Origin: Takakia lepidozioides
Lineage: Eukaryota; Plantae; Bryophyta
NCBI GenBank assembly: GCA_030704615.1
Contig: CM060734.1
Location: forward strand, 16,740,001 to 16,804,000
Length of the DNA stretch: 64,000 nucleotides
Direction of reading: 5' to 3'
This document shows, in pieces, positions 31,701 through 44,817 of this stretch. Position 1 is the first letter of the stretch, and each line of letters opens with the position of its first letter. Below the pieces are notes generated by a model that was not told the DNA's origin, ran no database searches, and worked only from the letters and a program-made list of their open reading frames with translations. The position numbers and the translations under genes are program-made.

Positions 31701-33073
31701 CAACGTGTTTTGGGATGAGCGCCATGACGGGGATAGTAGATTGTCCCTTCACATCACCACTTTTTGTGATGACATGTGCGAGGAGGACCATTAGGGCTGG
31801 AGAGGAGTTGTTTGCAGAGTATGACTTTAGGCGTTAGCCGAGTTTCATCATGTGTAGATGGACGTAGGAAGACATTTTGTACATTGAGGTGGCTTCCTCC
31901 ACCATGTATATATATACAAATGCATTGATGTGTATTTGGGTGCACTTTTTTCATGCTATATTCAAGGGAATTTGGGTGGATACTATATGTGAATTAGGTT
32001 ATTTTGAATTTTATAGTGTCTCCTTCATGTGGTGAAGCAATGTATGTATTCCCCTTGTGTGTATAATGTGTACTTTGGGTTTTATCCCGTATGATAATGA
32101 GCAGTGCCATGTATGGAAACTGATAATGACATGGTTGTTTCTGGCATCTTAGGATGCCGGCCACAACCCCACGACGTTAATTCATGAGGTTCATGATGTT
32201 GTCATGAACCGGGATTTTGTTCCTTCGGAGGGGGGTGCGTGTCAAAGGGACCCGACCCCGTCTGACATGACGGCCTCCGATGATGAGGACGACAATGACA
32301 ATGGAATTATGCATGAGGATGTGGCAGCGATGGAGGACCTCTTAATGCATCAGATGAGATGAGGACACAGACTCTTTGAATGACATGGAAAAAGAGGCCA
32401 AAGCTCCCTTATACGAAGGGGCCAAAGTGAATAGACTTTCAACCATCTTGTTGTTGCTGAATTTGCAAATCCGGTTTGGCATAAGCAATATGGGTATGTC
32501 TGCCATAATGCAGACTATTGCGTACTACATCCTTGCCCCACATTTGAAGCCGAGATTGCCACGATCAAGAAAAGAGGCAAGAGCAGCCTTGGATGGTGTG
32601 GGGATGGGCTATAAGATTTTTCATGCATGTCCATGTGAGAAAACCCTGTACTATAAAGAGGATGTGAAACTCACCAAGTGTCCAAAGTGCAACAAAGACC
32701 GATATTGGGATGATGTTCAAGGGAAGAAAGCCCCGCACAAGGTATACCCGTGCCACAATACACTTGTATATTGCATTCTACCTTTTTGCATCATACAAGA
32801 TGTAAGGTTTTATTTAGTATGAATGACACTCATTATGATATGGGGCCGACATGGGGATGGTGCCAGGAAATGCACTACTTTCCAATCATCCCGCGACTCA
32901 AGGCGCACTACCGAAGCCCCTCATTGGCAACACTAATGAGACACCTCGCATCGGAGCCCCCCGGGAAAGGTGTGCGGGCCACAAGATTCATAAGCATGGA
33001 GACATACTGAAGAGATGTGGCCTTTTTTCTTGGACGACCCACGACATGTCCGTCTCGGCTTCTCCACGGATGG
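28223..33073 (+). mobile_element. CACTA (EnSpm) element, 5' part
   Basis: Terminus CACCACAGGAAA begins exactly where the Mutator transposase reading (W|STMACH) stops. Dense subterminal GCGACG/CGTCGC repeats in both orientations (28245-28960), spliced upstream exons (30237-31718) and a Tnp2 transposase. Confidence 0.85.
32153..33073 (+). pseudogene. CACTA Tnp2-family transposase (Transposase_21), N-terminal part
   Basis: APLYEGAKVNRLSTILLLLNL...GMGYKIFHACPCEKTLYY...CPKCNKDRY, an intron (~32742-32867), then HYFPIIPRLK...PRHVRLGFSTDG, cut off immediately after DG. Confidence 0.9.
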
Positions 33074-35772
33074 TGATGAGCCCTGAGCGCGCGCGGTCAG
33101 GGTGACGGCATATTAGTCTAGGGGGGTCGTGGTAAGTTGCGGTGTAGGTTGGGCTCACTGAATCGCCTACCCGACTGCGGTTAGTGCAGGGGGTCCGTGG
33201 TCGTACATGGTGGCTATGATCACTATCTAAGTCCTACTGGCAAAGAGAAATCACGTACTCCTCTTCATAGGGCGAGTTTGCGTTTCTAAGTCCTACGGTA
33301 TCCTACAATCTACTTAGTAACTGCCTTCCAAGTCTTTGTGTTTTATTGTCTAATTCCTACCGCCTAGGCCCCCGAGCCGCCTATAGCCGGGACATGTTTT
33401 AATCCCTTCACAATGCACCTGCCGAGCCTAGGAAGAAGAGGGAAATTCTTCCTCTCCCAATGCCCCTCCTTCACCGAGTGCTTAAGTTCAAGTCATATCT
33501 GATGGAAGGGCCAACGCTTCCTACCCCAGTGCCTAAAATACTTTGTCTTAGCAAAAGAGTGGCCAAAATACCTATCATAATCCAAATAGGTTCACCAAGT
33601 TCAATAGGTGGTTCTAAGCCCCTCAACTCAATAAGTTCAATCAGTTTAATCAACGCCCTTCAGGCTATAACATGCACCACGTGCATCTATCATATTTAAG
33701 CAATTTCGCAAATCAGAAATGCTGGAAAATAAAAGAAATTAAGAAAATCAGGAAAAATACCTACCCTATGGGAAATCATGTGGGGAATCCAAAGATACCC
33801 TTGGCGCCTAAAGATGCCATTGGGAACCATGTGGGAACCCAATGAGAACCGAAGAACATCCGGGAACCGTTCACTACCGCGGGGAACTGTTGCGGCCCTA
33901 TCGGATGAATGAATCTCGTTGAGAGCTCATCCCTGCCACTACATTCGTTAGTCCAGAACATGCATGCGTAAATAATAAATAACCACTGGTGGGTCCAAGT
34001 CAGATTTCACCCCTTTATATTATTTTAAGGTGCTGGTGCGCTTTCCCTCCGTGGAAAAAGTCATCCTCTACCTTGGGCTCTGACACAAAGGCGCACTGTA
34101 GCCGAGTTTTTAGGACATAATACTTTCTCTCCTTTGCAGACGCATTGCCCGCTGGGTAAAACGCCCCTGCCACGTGGCGGGGCGCAGATCCGCACGTAGC
34201 GGTCCAAGCCGTGGACCGCTGCGGTTAACGCCGGCGTCCGCCGGTCCGTCTCAACTTTTGGTTATCCTGCGGGTAAAGACCCGCCCTCTGCTCGCATGCT
34301 TCAGGGCCTCACGCCTGAGCCACGCGACTGTTTTCGATCTCAGTACGACTTAAGGTCAGCACTGGGGCCCCGCTTCCCGTACGTCGCGGCTGGGCCACGG
34401 CTGCCTCCACGCTTTTAGTAATCGAGTGCCTACTCTCTAGGCGCAGCACCCGGGCTCCTCCCGGGCTGCTCGCGACCTTGGGGCAGCTGTTGTCAAGCGA
34501 AATCAGCCCGCCCAAACCCCAAGACAAAAAAAAATACAACCCACCCTCCCCTACGCCTCCATGGCTTGCTAGTGGGGGGGGGGGATTAGTACATAGTGGC
34601 CTTATATCATAGATCCAGCCTACTGGCCTACCTTTGCCAGAGCTGGCTATATTTCAAATTAGTAATCAAACACAAAGATTCATTCTTCAAACAATTCAAA
34701 TACAAGCCTCTATTGGTACCCTTTCCAATAGGCTATGGGGTTCTTCCCCTTGTCAATTCTAGACATGAAATAGTGGGATTCCACAATGCACTCTCCTCTT
34801 TTGAAGAGCCTAAATCAGATTTTCAACTTCAAGCTTTGCTTGGAAAATAAATGAATCACATACATAAATGGTGAAATGGTAAGATGGGATCAACCTTTCT
34901 ATGCGAGAGTGCTTGGGATGCTCTATCGACTCAAGTAATGGTACTTTATGCGGCCTCCACTTCGGCTCTCGTCCATAAGTCCACACCAGCCCCTCCTACT
35001 CGTCCTCAAGTCACTTTCCTCTACGTGAAATTGCCCTCTTCCTTCACAAATGAAATGGCTCAAAGGCCCACAAGCTAGGCCACTTGCCTTAGCTCACAAG
35101 AATTCTACCTAACTAAGGAGCTTCAAGCTCCACTCCCTAGGATCTAGCCTCCTCAAGCCTCAAACTAACAACACTACAACAATAAGAGGAAACTAAGCAA
35201 GAGAAAGAACTAGATGAAGAACAAGGGAAGCCTTGCCCTTCTTTTATACTGTTTTTGAGCCTAATAAACTAATGGAAAATATTCATTAAACTATTCATTA
35301 AACTATTGTTTCCTTGGAGGATCTATAATATAATATTCAACATGGATGAAAAGTCTTAGAGGCAAATGAAAACTAGATTTTCATCCATCCAATTGGATGA
35401 CCAGTTGGCGCGAGTTGTCATTTCATCCATCCAGCCCCTAAAGGCGAATTACAGGATTTTTCATCCATCCAAGAAGTAGAAATGCAAATAATAGGCCCTG
35501 TGAGTCCCGTCGACTCAATAATTTGACCCCACTGCTAATCAGCTCTATAAATCACCAAACTTGGTGACAACCTACAATTATATACCTCGTATCAGCTTGT
35601 AAATTCTCAGCTCCATCAGTGGTAAAAAGTTGCACTTCTCGCCATTCGTCGTATTTTTGCTACACACAGATTTTGTGGTATTTTTGGAAATCAAATCCCT
35701 GGTGATGGCTCTGGGGTCTTTGACCCTGCCACTAAATCATAGGTTGTCTGGAGTCCCCTTCAGTTGTCCTGC
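33074..35772. mobile_element. LTR-retroelement-derived non-coding DNA inserted into the CACTA transposase (may be more than one piece)
   Basis: Starts TGATGAG exactly where the STDG motif breaks. Minus-strand TATAAAAG at ~35240-35247 with a CT-rich leader, and a TTCATCC cluster at 35340-35470. Partner terminus/TSD not found. Confidence 0.5.
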
Positions 35773-36257
35773 ACCGCTAACAAGTCCACGCTTTGCCGTT
35801 TGAAGTCGTCCTGACCTGCTGTCATTCCGATGCGGCCAATTGCTTTGTTGCGATATTTCATCGCTGTACATGTCGCTTCCGCTCCTCGCCGTGTGTTCCT
35901 ACTGGACTTGAAAGGCGGGAGAAAAGAGAGATCGCAATCTGGGACTGGAACAGTCGTCCTGTATTGTTTGAACATGATTAACTTGTCGTTTCTGGTACCG
36001 AATTGGCAGCCTAATCTGCTGTCGATGCAGCTTCCTACGGTCATCTTGACGCCAGAGTTCCACTCCATGGTCGTCGCAGACACTGTCGAATTTCCTACGT
36101 GCTTTACCAACGATTTCCAGACAACTAACAAACTAACCTGTTTTGGCAGTACAATGCCGAAACCGCTTGTCTTATGATAAAAAATGATCTGAAAAGAAAA
36201 GTGTACCAATATATGCATCTACATATATGGCGACCAATGGGAAACACTCGTCCCGTG

Positions 36258-37054
36258 TGTAAGAGAATCCAGGATCTCTGGTTCGTAAAATCCCCCTACT
36301 AGGGTATCCCTTATATCCCTTATATCCCTTGGAGTTTACGACTCCCTTGAGTAAAGGTAAGAATAATTCCCCTCAGGTTCTTCCTCCTCGGAGAGAGTTC
36401 AAGTCTTCCGGGAGAGAGGAGGAAATAAAAGCAAAAGCCAAAAAATGTTTCAAAACCACCCAGCTCGCCCCTTCGAGAGAGAGTTGGAGTTCCCAGATAA
36501 AAAATACTTCAAAACCACCATTCTCCCCCACCGGACTGGGTTCAAATCCCCTAGATGATGTAAGAGAGATATGCGCAGTGCAAATTGATGATTCTACTCT
36601 AAAATAGCCTTGGAAGGACTTTGGCTCTACCCTACTTGACACGGCTTGCAGGGACCTCTCATGGATGTGCACAGCTCATTGTAACATGTTGGGGCCTCGA
36701 CTCGAGCTCGGACGGGCCTAAATGCTCCTAAACAGGATGCTTCTGGGAATCCTAATTCTTGGCTCCCGTAACAACAGAAAAGATTGGATACCCGAGGACC
36801 CTACCCATAAAATAGACGCACCATTTCTAACTACAATCTAACTTGGTTCATGACTCGCAGGGACCACTCATGGATTTCGCAGAGCTCATGATGAAATTCT
36901 TGACCTAAGAAATGATTGGATCCATTCTGAACCTCAGAGGACCATACTCTGGAACAATGTATCATTCTATGTGAAGAGGTCACAGGCCCTTCTGGGTTTT
37001 CCTGTGCCTGACACCCTTCACTCATGTGAGGGGAGCAGCAACCACTGCTCTACA
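36258..37054 (-). mobile_element. 3' LTR (~797 bp) of a Ty3/Gypsy element with adjacent polypurine tract
   Basis: TGTAAGAG...CTCTACA termini, followed on + by ACTCACCTTTTACCCCCTCA (37055-37074), a minus-strand PPT abutting TGTAGAG. Confidence 0.75.
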
Positions 37055-37978
37055 ACTCACCTTTTACCCCCTCACTGCTTCTGACTTTTCTCTCTCTATG
37101 GGGAATGCTGCAGCGGGGTAAGGTGAAAATGACAAAAGGTTTAAGGTTAGAATCCCCGTGCGGGAAGTCGTTGTGCTCTATGTATGGAGCATCAGTATAC
37201 TGCAGAATGCTTGATACAACAAGCATTTACTTTTTCTCAAGATATGCTTGAGCAGACATAGATTTACTTTGTGATAAAAAAATAATCGACAGTGTGCATT
37301 GAACAAGAGTGCATATATTAGCCAACCCATTGTTCCTATTCTTGCACCTGTGGTTCTTCACTTGGTGAAGAAGAAAAGAAACTCACAACACGTGATTAGT
37401 AACGAAGATGTATGAAGTCTTCTACTTGGCAATTGGATGGTCATAGCTTTCATAGCTTATGCCATATCAAACGAATTCTAATTCTACAAGGTGGGTTAGA
37501 TTACTGCACTCTATGTGCCCCGCATCCCAAGGTCTGTCCTTGTGGATTCCAATAACTACCCGAAAATTCACTCTGGAGAACCAACCACCTCTTTAATGCA
37601 ACTGCGTTGCCCTGCATCCCAAGATCTACCCTTGGAACTCCAAGAAAGGGTGTCAAAAACCTACTTGGGTAAGAGCCCTACTGACTTCTTCCCATTGGAG
37701 AAGTTTCATTGGATTATTGCAATTTAGTTGCCCGGCACTCCACCTCATTGTGGAGCTCCAATAACCAATGAGTCAATGGATAGGAAATACCAACATTTCC
37801 TTCCGACAAACCGGGACAAAATCCTAAAGATCTCTCCCTTAGTGGGGGAAAAAATTCATTGGTTAATGGAACTCACATGTAGTAGTGCTTGCACCGGACA
37901 CCGTTCACCAGATTGGGGAATGCCTCTCCCCGTAGTGTCTCCAGCTGCAACGAACATCTACCCCGTGTCTCGAAACTC

Positions 37979-40531
37979 CTAAGGTAGTGGCAGCTGGGAC
38001 ATTGATACTTGTTCAGAGCCCCATTGGGCTTCCTCCCTTGTCATCCTAGAAAGCGCCTCACCCTCCATCAACATGTCGACCAACTGCGTTGCTGGCTCCG
38101 ACGTGAAGGTTGATCCAAGCTCAAATCTGGATCCATTCGAATCCTGCTGCAAAAATGGAGTGTAGGGGGTGCTATGTCTAATGACATCCCTCTCTAGGTC
38201 GGCCTCTTCCACAATTTTCATGTCAACTATCTCGCCGTTCTCCTCCTGAGGAACCTCCTGTTCCTGCAGACCAACCTGTTCGGCGAATAGGGAAAAGAGC
38301 TCGGTCAGTAATTCGAACTCTGGAAGTGCATCGGTTACTACCGAGTGTACCATCACCTCCTTGCCTTGGTTTTCTCCAAACAACCAGGCGATGCAGTCCG
38401 CATCAGACTCGCATTTGTATAACCCCGGACCTAGGGACCTGACTGCATCCTCTAGTCCTACCTTCCTTTGCTTAACCTCCCTGCGAGGCGCGGTAGTTGT
38501 TGCCAGTACTCGGTGAGCATGTGGCTTCGGAGGAATTTCCTCATCCAACCACAAATCTTCTTCGCTCAAGTCAACAGACTCTTTATCGGAGCCGATTGCA
38601 CCACTAAGCTCATCCTCATCCGTAATGACATGAGGTGCCCTTGAAAGAAATGCAACAGTAGTAATGTAAGGTCTTACCCCGTAAGTGATGGTGCATGCCC
38701 CCCAGTCCGTTCGTGCTCGAGACTGGACCAACCATGGCCTCCCCAATAGGAGGGCGTAAGAATATTCGTCGATGGGAAAGTCAATGATTTGAAAGTCCAC
38801 CGCGTACGTGTAGCCACCCATCTTCATTTTTTCACTATGTGGCTCACTGGCCTGATCCTCCGTTGATCGGCCATCTTGATAGTCAAATGGGATTCCCTTG
38901 TCATGTTCAATCCTAACTTGGACAAGGTGAAGAGAGGCATGATATTTACCGAACTCCCGCCATCCACTAAACAACGTCGGATAATGCAGTCAACGATCTT
39001 CACTTCAATCTCGACTGGTCCCAGATCAACTTGCGCGCTGATATGATGAGATTGGGCTGAATGTCCAATCCTTTTCCTCACTAATGAAGCCTTGAGTGCA
39101 TGCCAAATTATTGGCACCATAGTTTTGAGTTGGGCAAGAGTAATGTTGCTTGAATGTGGTGCAGATCCTCCAGTAGATGTACGGCTCTAGCTCGTCGGTG
39201 AACCGCATGGTCGAGGATGTTCTTCTTTTGGGCAACCCTGCCGATACTGCCGGTTGAAATGCCGAAACCTTCGGCCTTGCCGCGGGTGGAAGGGAGAATG
39301 GTGATTTCACCACTAAGGGGTCTGCTTCTGCAAATGCCACCTCCTTCTCCTTCGGTCGTATGTTGTCTTCTTCGCGAAGCACTGTCGTTGCTACCTTCTG
39401 CGTATCATACTTCATCATGGCAAAATCTAAATCGTCCTGCTCCAAAGCAGAGGACATGGACTCAGGCACCACATACCCAGGTCCTTTACCTAGCGTATCT
39501 CTTTGCTGCTTGGTCATAACTGCATAGCTACCTTTCTCGGGGCTAGCTTGTATGGTTAGAGTAGCCCTCAGCTCACTCGCAATCCAATTCACCTTATGCT
39601 GCGTCTCCGGTTGGCGCACCGCTTGGTTTTGTACGTTGGTCTGTTGTTGCAGGGGCGCCGCCAAAGTCGACACCTGATGTTCTTCTTGCACCCTTATATC
39701 TTGAGTGAGAGATTATATGTTAGAAGATCCCTGGGCTATCTGAGCCGCAGGATTGGAGAATGCTCCTCGGGACGCTTGCTCGGTAGCTGCATTGCCTCTG
39801 GAATATGATGGGCCTACTTGATCTGATCTAGGCCGTTGCGCAATTTGTGTTGGCGTAGCAAAATGCCTGCTAGGCTGCAGTGGCACAGAAGTTGGTTGAA
39901 TAGTCGTACACTGATCTGAAAAAAGAGCCCCTTGCCTATCTAGATTTCTCTCCACTTGTTGTTGAGTGGCAGGTGTGGGTCGGTCCACTTGCCTGCGGGG
40001 ACATTTGTCAAATGAGTGGACCTTGTCTACCACAATGACGACATACAATGGTTTTCCAACATTCTTCTATTCGGTGGGTCGTTCTCCCACATTTCTGACG
40101 ATTTCTCTTATCACAAGACCGGTTGTTCTGATCCTTTTGCCTACCTGATAGTTTGGGTTTCGGCTTACCTGCCTTTTCCGAATGGGATAAAGACAATGTT
40201 GAGAAGTGTGACCTGCTATGTTGCATTTGGAATACCAGACCTTTGCCGGATTGGGCCCCGATTCTTCCATTGGGACCTCGTCTCGATAGTCGACATAGTT
40301 GGTGATTTGTTGACCGATGGAACTCATGCGATCAGTCATAGTCTCGACCGACTTCATGAGATGTGTCACATGTGCTTCTAGATGGCCCACCCGCGAATCG
40401 GATTGTCCGGTTGAATCCGCATGTGAGTTGATGGGAACTGCACAAGCATATTGTGGTACTGAAGGGGCCGCAACTGGTCCTGTAGCCGTTGCTGGAACAT
40501 ATGGCCTCGCTCCCCCGACATACAAGGGCAT
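37979..40531 (-). pseudogene. Second Gypsy nucleocapsid-protease module (three decayed CCHC knuckles + aspartic protease), no RT
   Basis: W(Y)SKCNIAGHTSQHC, KCGRTTHRIEEC, CRHCGRQG.HSFDKC; CLVDGGSSVNIMP...MADQR...YALLLGRPWL. Frameshifted; no RT motifs before the LTR. Confidence 0.85.
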
Positions 40532-40576
40532 ATAATGTACAGTTGGCTGAATGGCCGCTAGTGGAACGAGAAGCTA

Positions 40577-43500
40577 CTAAGCTTGTGGCCAGTCGGGCTC
40601 AGTCAGCAGACAGTTCAGTCGGCAGAAATGACACAAGCATAGAGCTGACTGCCCTGCCTTAGACTGATATGGAGGCAACTTCTCAAGCATAGGAGATCCC
40701 CATCGTTTCTTCTCCGCCATTTGTATCGCATAATCCTCAGCCATGTCAAAATTCCCGTCCACAAAACCAGTAGTATCCGAATCATCTTCCCCCCGTTGGC
40801 AGTATTGTTTCCTGACCTTCTGTGGCTTCTCAGGAACCTTTACTGGCATACAGTGTATGCCCACCATATCTGGAAGCTTATACTGTAAGACTTGTGTCAA
40901 CCTCTTAGTGTATGCCCGCAGCTCATCATCTGTATAGCTGAGTGGGCTGCCAATGACTTTGGAAAGTGTAGCCACTTTCTGGCTTTATGCCCTTTGGGAA
41001 AGATGTGGTCAAGGCCCAAGTTCTCCAGAGCAAAAGTAAACCAAGAACAGAGTTGGGGATCCTTCTGAAGCATGATCCTTACATCATACAGATATGTGTG
41101 TGGTGGAACTGGAGGTAACGTCCAATGCTCCCCACTGGAATAAGTCTGAAACCTCATCTGCATTTTTTGCTGCTCAATGTGGTAGCGTGAAATAAAACAA
41201 TACAACACACAACCCATGACCAAACTAGGTACCTCCTTGGTCTTGGTGTAGATAAATCCATGAACTATTTGGAGGGCAATTAATTCCTTCAGCATGGTTC
41301 TTGCCTCTGACCAGTACCATGCAAAATGGTGATCTTCAATGGGTCGGTCAGTTGGAAGAACTTTAGTCCGAGTTGCCACTGGCAACCAAATGCGCATAAT
41401 CTGGTAATAGTGTGCAGACTCTGGAGGACTGAATTCTTTCCAAGCCAAATCCATAAGAATGGGAATTTGGTTGAAGGGTAGAATCATAGCTTGATTGTAT
41501 TCAAGTGCAGCAGGAGTAGTAGGTGGGTTAAAAGAAGCATCACCCCAAACCTCAGACAGTGATTGTTGCAGTGCCATGGTATCAACACTGTCTACCTGGT
41601 GTGGCTGCTATGATGTTGTTGCCACAGTCCCTCCTGATGTTGGCAAGTCCTGCACTTCCTGCGCTGAAGATTGAAAAATCAAAGTCCTTGCCCGTAAGTA
41701 AGTAGCCATGAGTTGTTCCTCAGGAACAAAGGTCCTTTTCTCAATGTTGAAGCTCAAGACATCCACTTGAGTCTGAAGCCCTTCCACATCCTCCTACAAC
41801 TCAGCTATCCGAATATAGACATTGTCTATAGTGGTTGGGGCAATGTTCTGCACCCGGAGCCTGAGACCATTCATCTCGTCTTGAGTGAGCTTCCTTGGTG
41901 TTTTCCCCTCCACTGGCCCTTGTGTTAACCATTCTTGCAAAAGATGATTATCCACCAAGTCTTGTGTAACACCACGGAGATCCTGCTCCTTCTTGAGCCT
42001 GTATGTTTCCAACTGCTGTTGTAAAGTCTCCATGCATTTTGCATGAGGTTCAACCAGAGTTGCATAGGCAGCTGATAGATTATTGGCTTCTTCACTCACA
42101 GAAAGTTCATTCTCCCGTACTGTGATTGTTTGCTGCAACTCAAATATGTGCATGTCCTTCTGGGCATTGACCTGGTGCAACTACTGAATTGTATCTTCAT
42201 TGCGACAGAGAGTATCCTTCATGTCAGTAATGAGTTTCCCCTGTTCCATTACCTCCGTCTCTGCCGTTATACACCGCTCAGCTTGCTTCTTGACCTCCTT
42301 CGCAGCCATCTCCAGATTATGTATGAGAACTCTCTGATTGACTGCTTCCAATTCCGTATGAAGCAACTTCACTTCATGCAACTTGCCTTCATGCTGAACC
42401 TGCATCTGGTATAGCTGCTGCTTATGCACTTCATGCAACTTCTCCTGCTCAAGACCCGCCTCAATTAAATTCTCCTTCGCATGTTGTAGGGCAGCTTTAA
42501 TGTCCTCCAATTCTTGCTGCAACTTGAAGTTGGCCTCTACATCCACCTTGTTTGCACACTCAGTGACAATTCTTGCCTCAAGCTCTTGCTTGAGCTCCTC
42601 CCGCAATGCTGCCAACTGAGTGGAAGGAACATGAGTCTTGAAATAGGTGCCCAACAGGTTGAGAGTCATGTTTATGGAACTCATAACCGTGGCCTGTTGT
42701 GGATCTTCATGGAAAATCGGCTGCTGTTCTTCCTGATTCTCCACAGTTTGATGTTTCACAAACCAATCAGGCCATGATCCCACAAGATCTTGTTCCTGAG
42801 CAACCTCATCTTCCACAGTTGCTGCAGTACCCTTGCCCTTTACTCCTTCAACCTCTGTCACAATTTTGGGCATAACCTGCACAGCAGGGATTTCCTTGGG
42901 CAGACTCTGTATCTCTGGTACCATGGGGTCTCCGACCATACCAGAGTTTTCATAGAGAAGATCGCCCTTCTCAATTTCTGCCACTACTTGATCTATAGTG
43001 GGGATGTCCAATCCCTCGCTCTCCACAGTAAGAGGCTCCGGTGTAACAGCAAATCAAGTCTGAGTTACCACTGGGGCAACTTGGTCAGCTTGCTGTGCTG
43101 GCTGCGGTACTGAATTGACTTATTTCTCCCTTCGGGCTTCCAGCAATAGCAGCTCATTATGCTGCTGCACCCCATCCTTTGCAGGAGCTATGGAAACATT
43201 GTTGTGAGGGTTCCTTGTGGCAAGTGGATCTGCCATTACAATTGCGTCCCTCTTCTGTCTCTTGGACTGGTGCTGCCTCTCTAATCCTCCTTTACCTTGT
43301 GAAGAGCCTTGCTCCTCAACTGCAGTTATGGCTGCCTCAAACACCCCCATTACCTTGCCTTCTTGCGCATCAAGCAAGCAAGAATCAAAGATAATTTGTG
43401 CAATAATTGGGCTCGACACAATGATTGGGGACTTGGCAGTAGTAGTCTGTAATTGTTTCATCTCCTCCACCAGACCACTGTGCATCATCTCTGCCCAAGC

Positions 43501-44765
43501 TACATCCTCTCCTCTCAAGGCTTTCAAAACCTCCTCCGTAAAGATCTGCTAAGACAAGTGGAGAATCTGTTACATTTTCCATTCTGCCGGAACAAGTCGG
43601 ATGAAGTTGGAACAATTCAAACTTGCGTTATGAGCTCGAAAAAAGAACATGAAAACTGTGAAGTTCAATATGACTCTGAGTCACTACAATCTATCCCCGC
43701 CTCCTCTGCATTCAAGTCCAAAAAATTCATAACTCCTAAACTACGATGTCTACGCCAGTTATCAGACAGCAAGGGGTCAGGGGATAGAGCCTTGGACATG
43801 CGAAGTGCCATTGCCTCGGCATACACATGAAGCACAAAACTGTGGAGGGGGCTGTTGTATACAGTCTCGTCCCATATGTTGTTCGCTGCTGAAGACCCAT
43901 AGCTGCCTTTCCTGCAAGCCACAACAAGAAAAATGAAACTACTCATAAGATGAAGTCTATGTATGAACATGGAACCCAAAAAGGAATGAGAAGTCAATGG
44001 CAAACTTACTCACATGAAAAGTCGTTGTCTCGTCGTTGTCGACCTGCTTATCTTCTGGATCCTCATCATTCCAGATTTGAATCTTTTCAGTCTGTGTGCC
44101 TGATGTAGAGCCAGACAGAAGGGGGATGATGAGGATTCTTGTATAGTTCAGAGTCACCCTCCATGCCAAAAAGGCTCTTCCGCTTGCCTTGCACGCATGG
44201 TAAGTTGCACCTGCCCCAGACAAGAAGACATCAACAAGTTCGAGGGGGGGCCAATGCGAAGATGAAACAGGTGAAAGAAAACCAAAACTCAAAGGCGAGA
44301 ATGATACTGTTGGTTCTGTTTCATGGCAAACAAAATGTTTAGTACCTGGCCAATTTCCCTCAACCCTGGATACTCGGCTTTGGCGCAAGTGAATCCCTGG
44401 TTCCTGAAAAAACTTGTTTCTTGGAAAAGATCCCCTACTTGCAATCTTCCCCTGTGTTCATCCACGCTCACATTACCAAATGGTAATTCAAAAAGCTGTT
44501 GCAAGTACTGCGGAGTAACTTGTATATCTACGCCCTTCACCTAGGTAACTCCTGTCTTTGGCTCAAAGTTCTTGATAAACTGGATCATCAAATCCCGATG
44601 ATGCAAAGACCACTCTTTGCGCAACAATCCCTCCAACCGCAATTCCTTCAGCAGCTGCATTGCCTGTGGTGTGGCGATTGTTTGCCTCTGTAAGATCGTC
44701 GTGCTTTTCACTTGTAGATCCTCCATTTCTCTAATTCGCTTAATCCCGGACAAACAAGAAGGCAT
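40577..44765 (-). pseudogene. Extra sense-strand ORF 3' of pol: plant-transposon-protein-like N-terminus, long coiled coil, unknown C-terminal domain
   Basis: ORFs 44541-44765/44289-44540, then 43120-43527, 42181-43026, 41794-42180 and 40897-41577 (one frame, broken by single stops), then 40577-40975. N-terminal LMIQFIKNF...VKGVDIQVTPQYLQQLFELP...KALRGEDVAWAEMMHSGL resembles Transposase_32-like plant transposon proteins. E/Q/L heptads at ~41750-42620. Confidence 0.7.
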
Positions 44766-44817
44766 TGTTTGGAATAACTAAATGAAAGCTTGTAATGCGT
44801 ACAACATGAAAGTGTGA

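Noticed and set aside
35760-36218. 152-aa ORF as a protein-coding gene
   Set aside because: It has splice-like signals but no recognisable domain, and it is cut by flanking LTR sequences; unassignable fragment.
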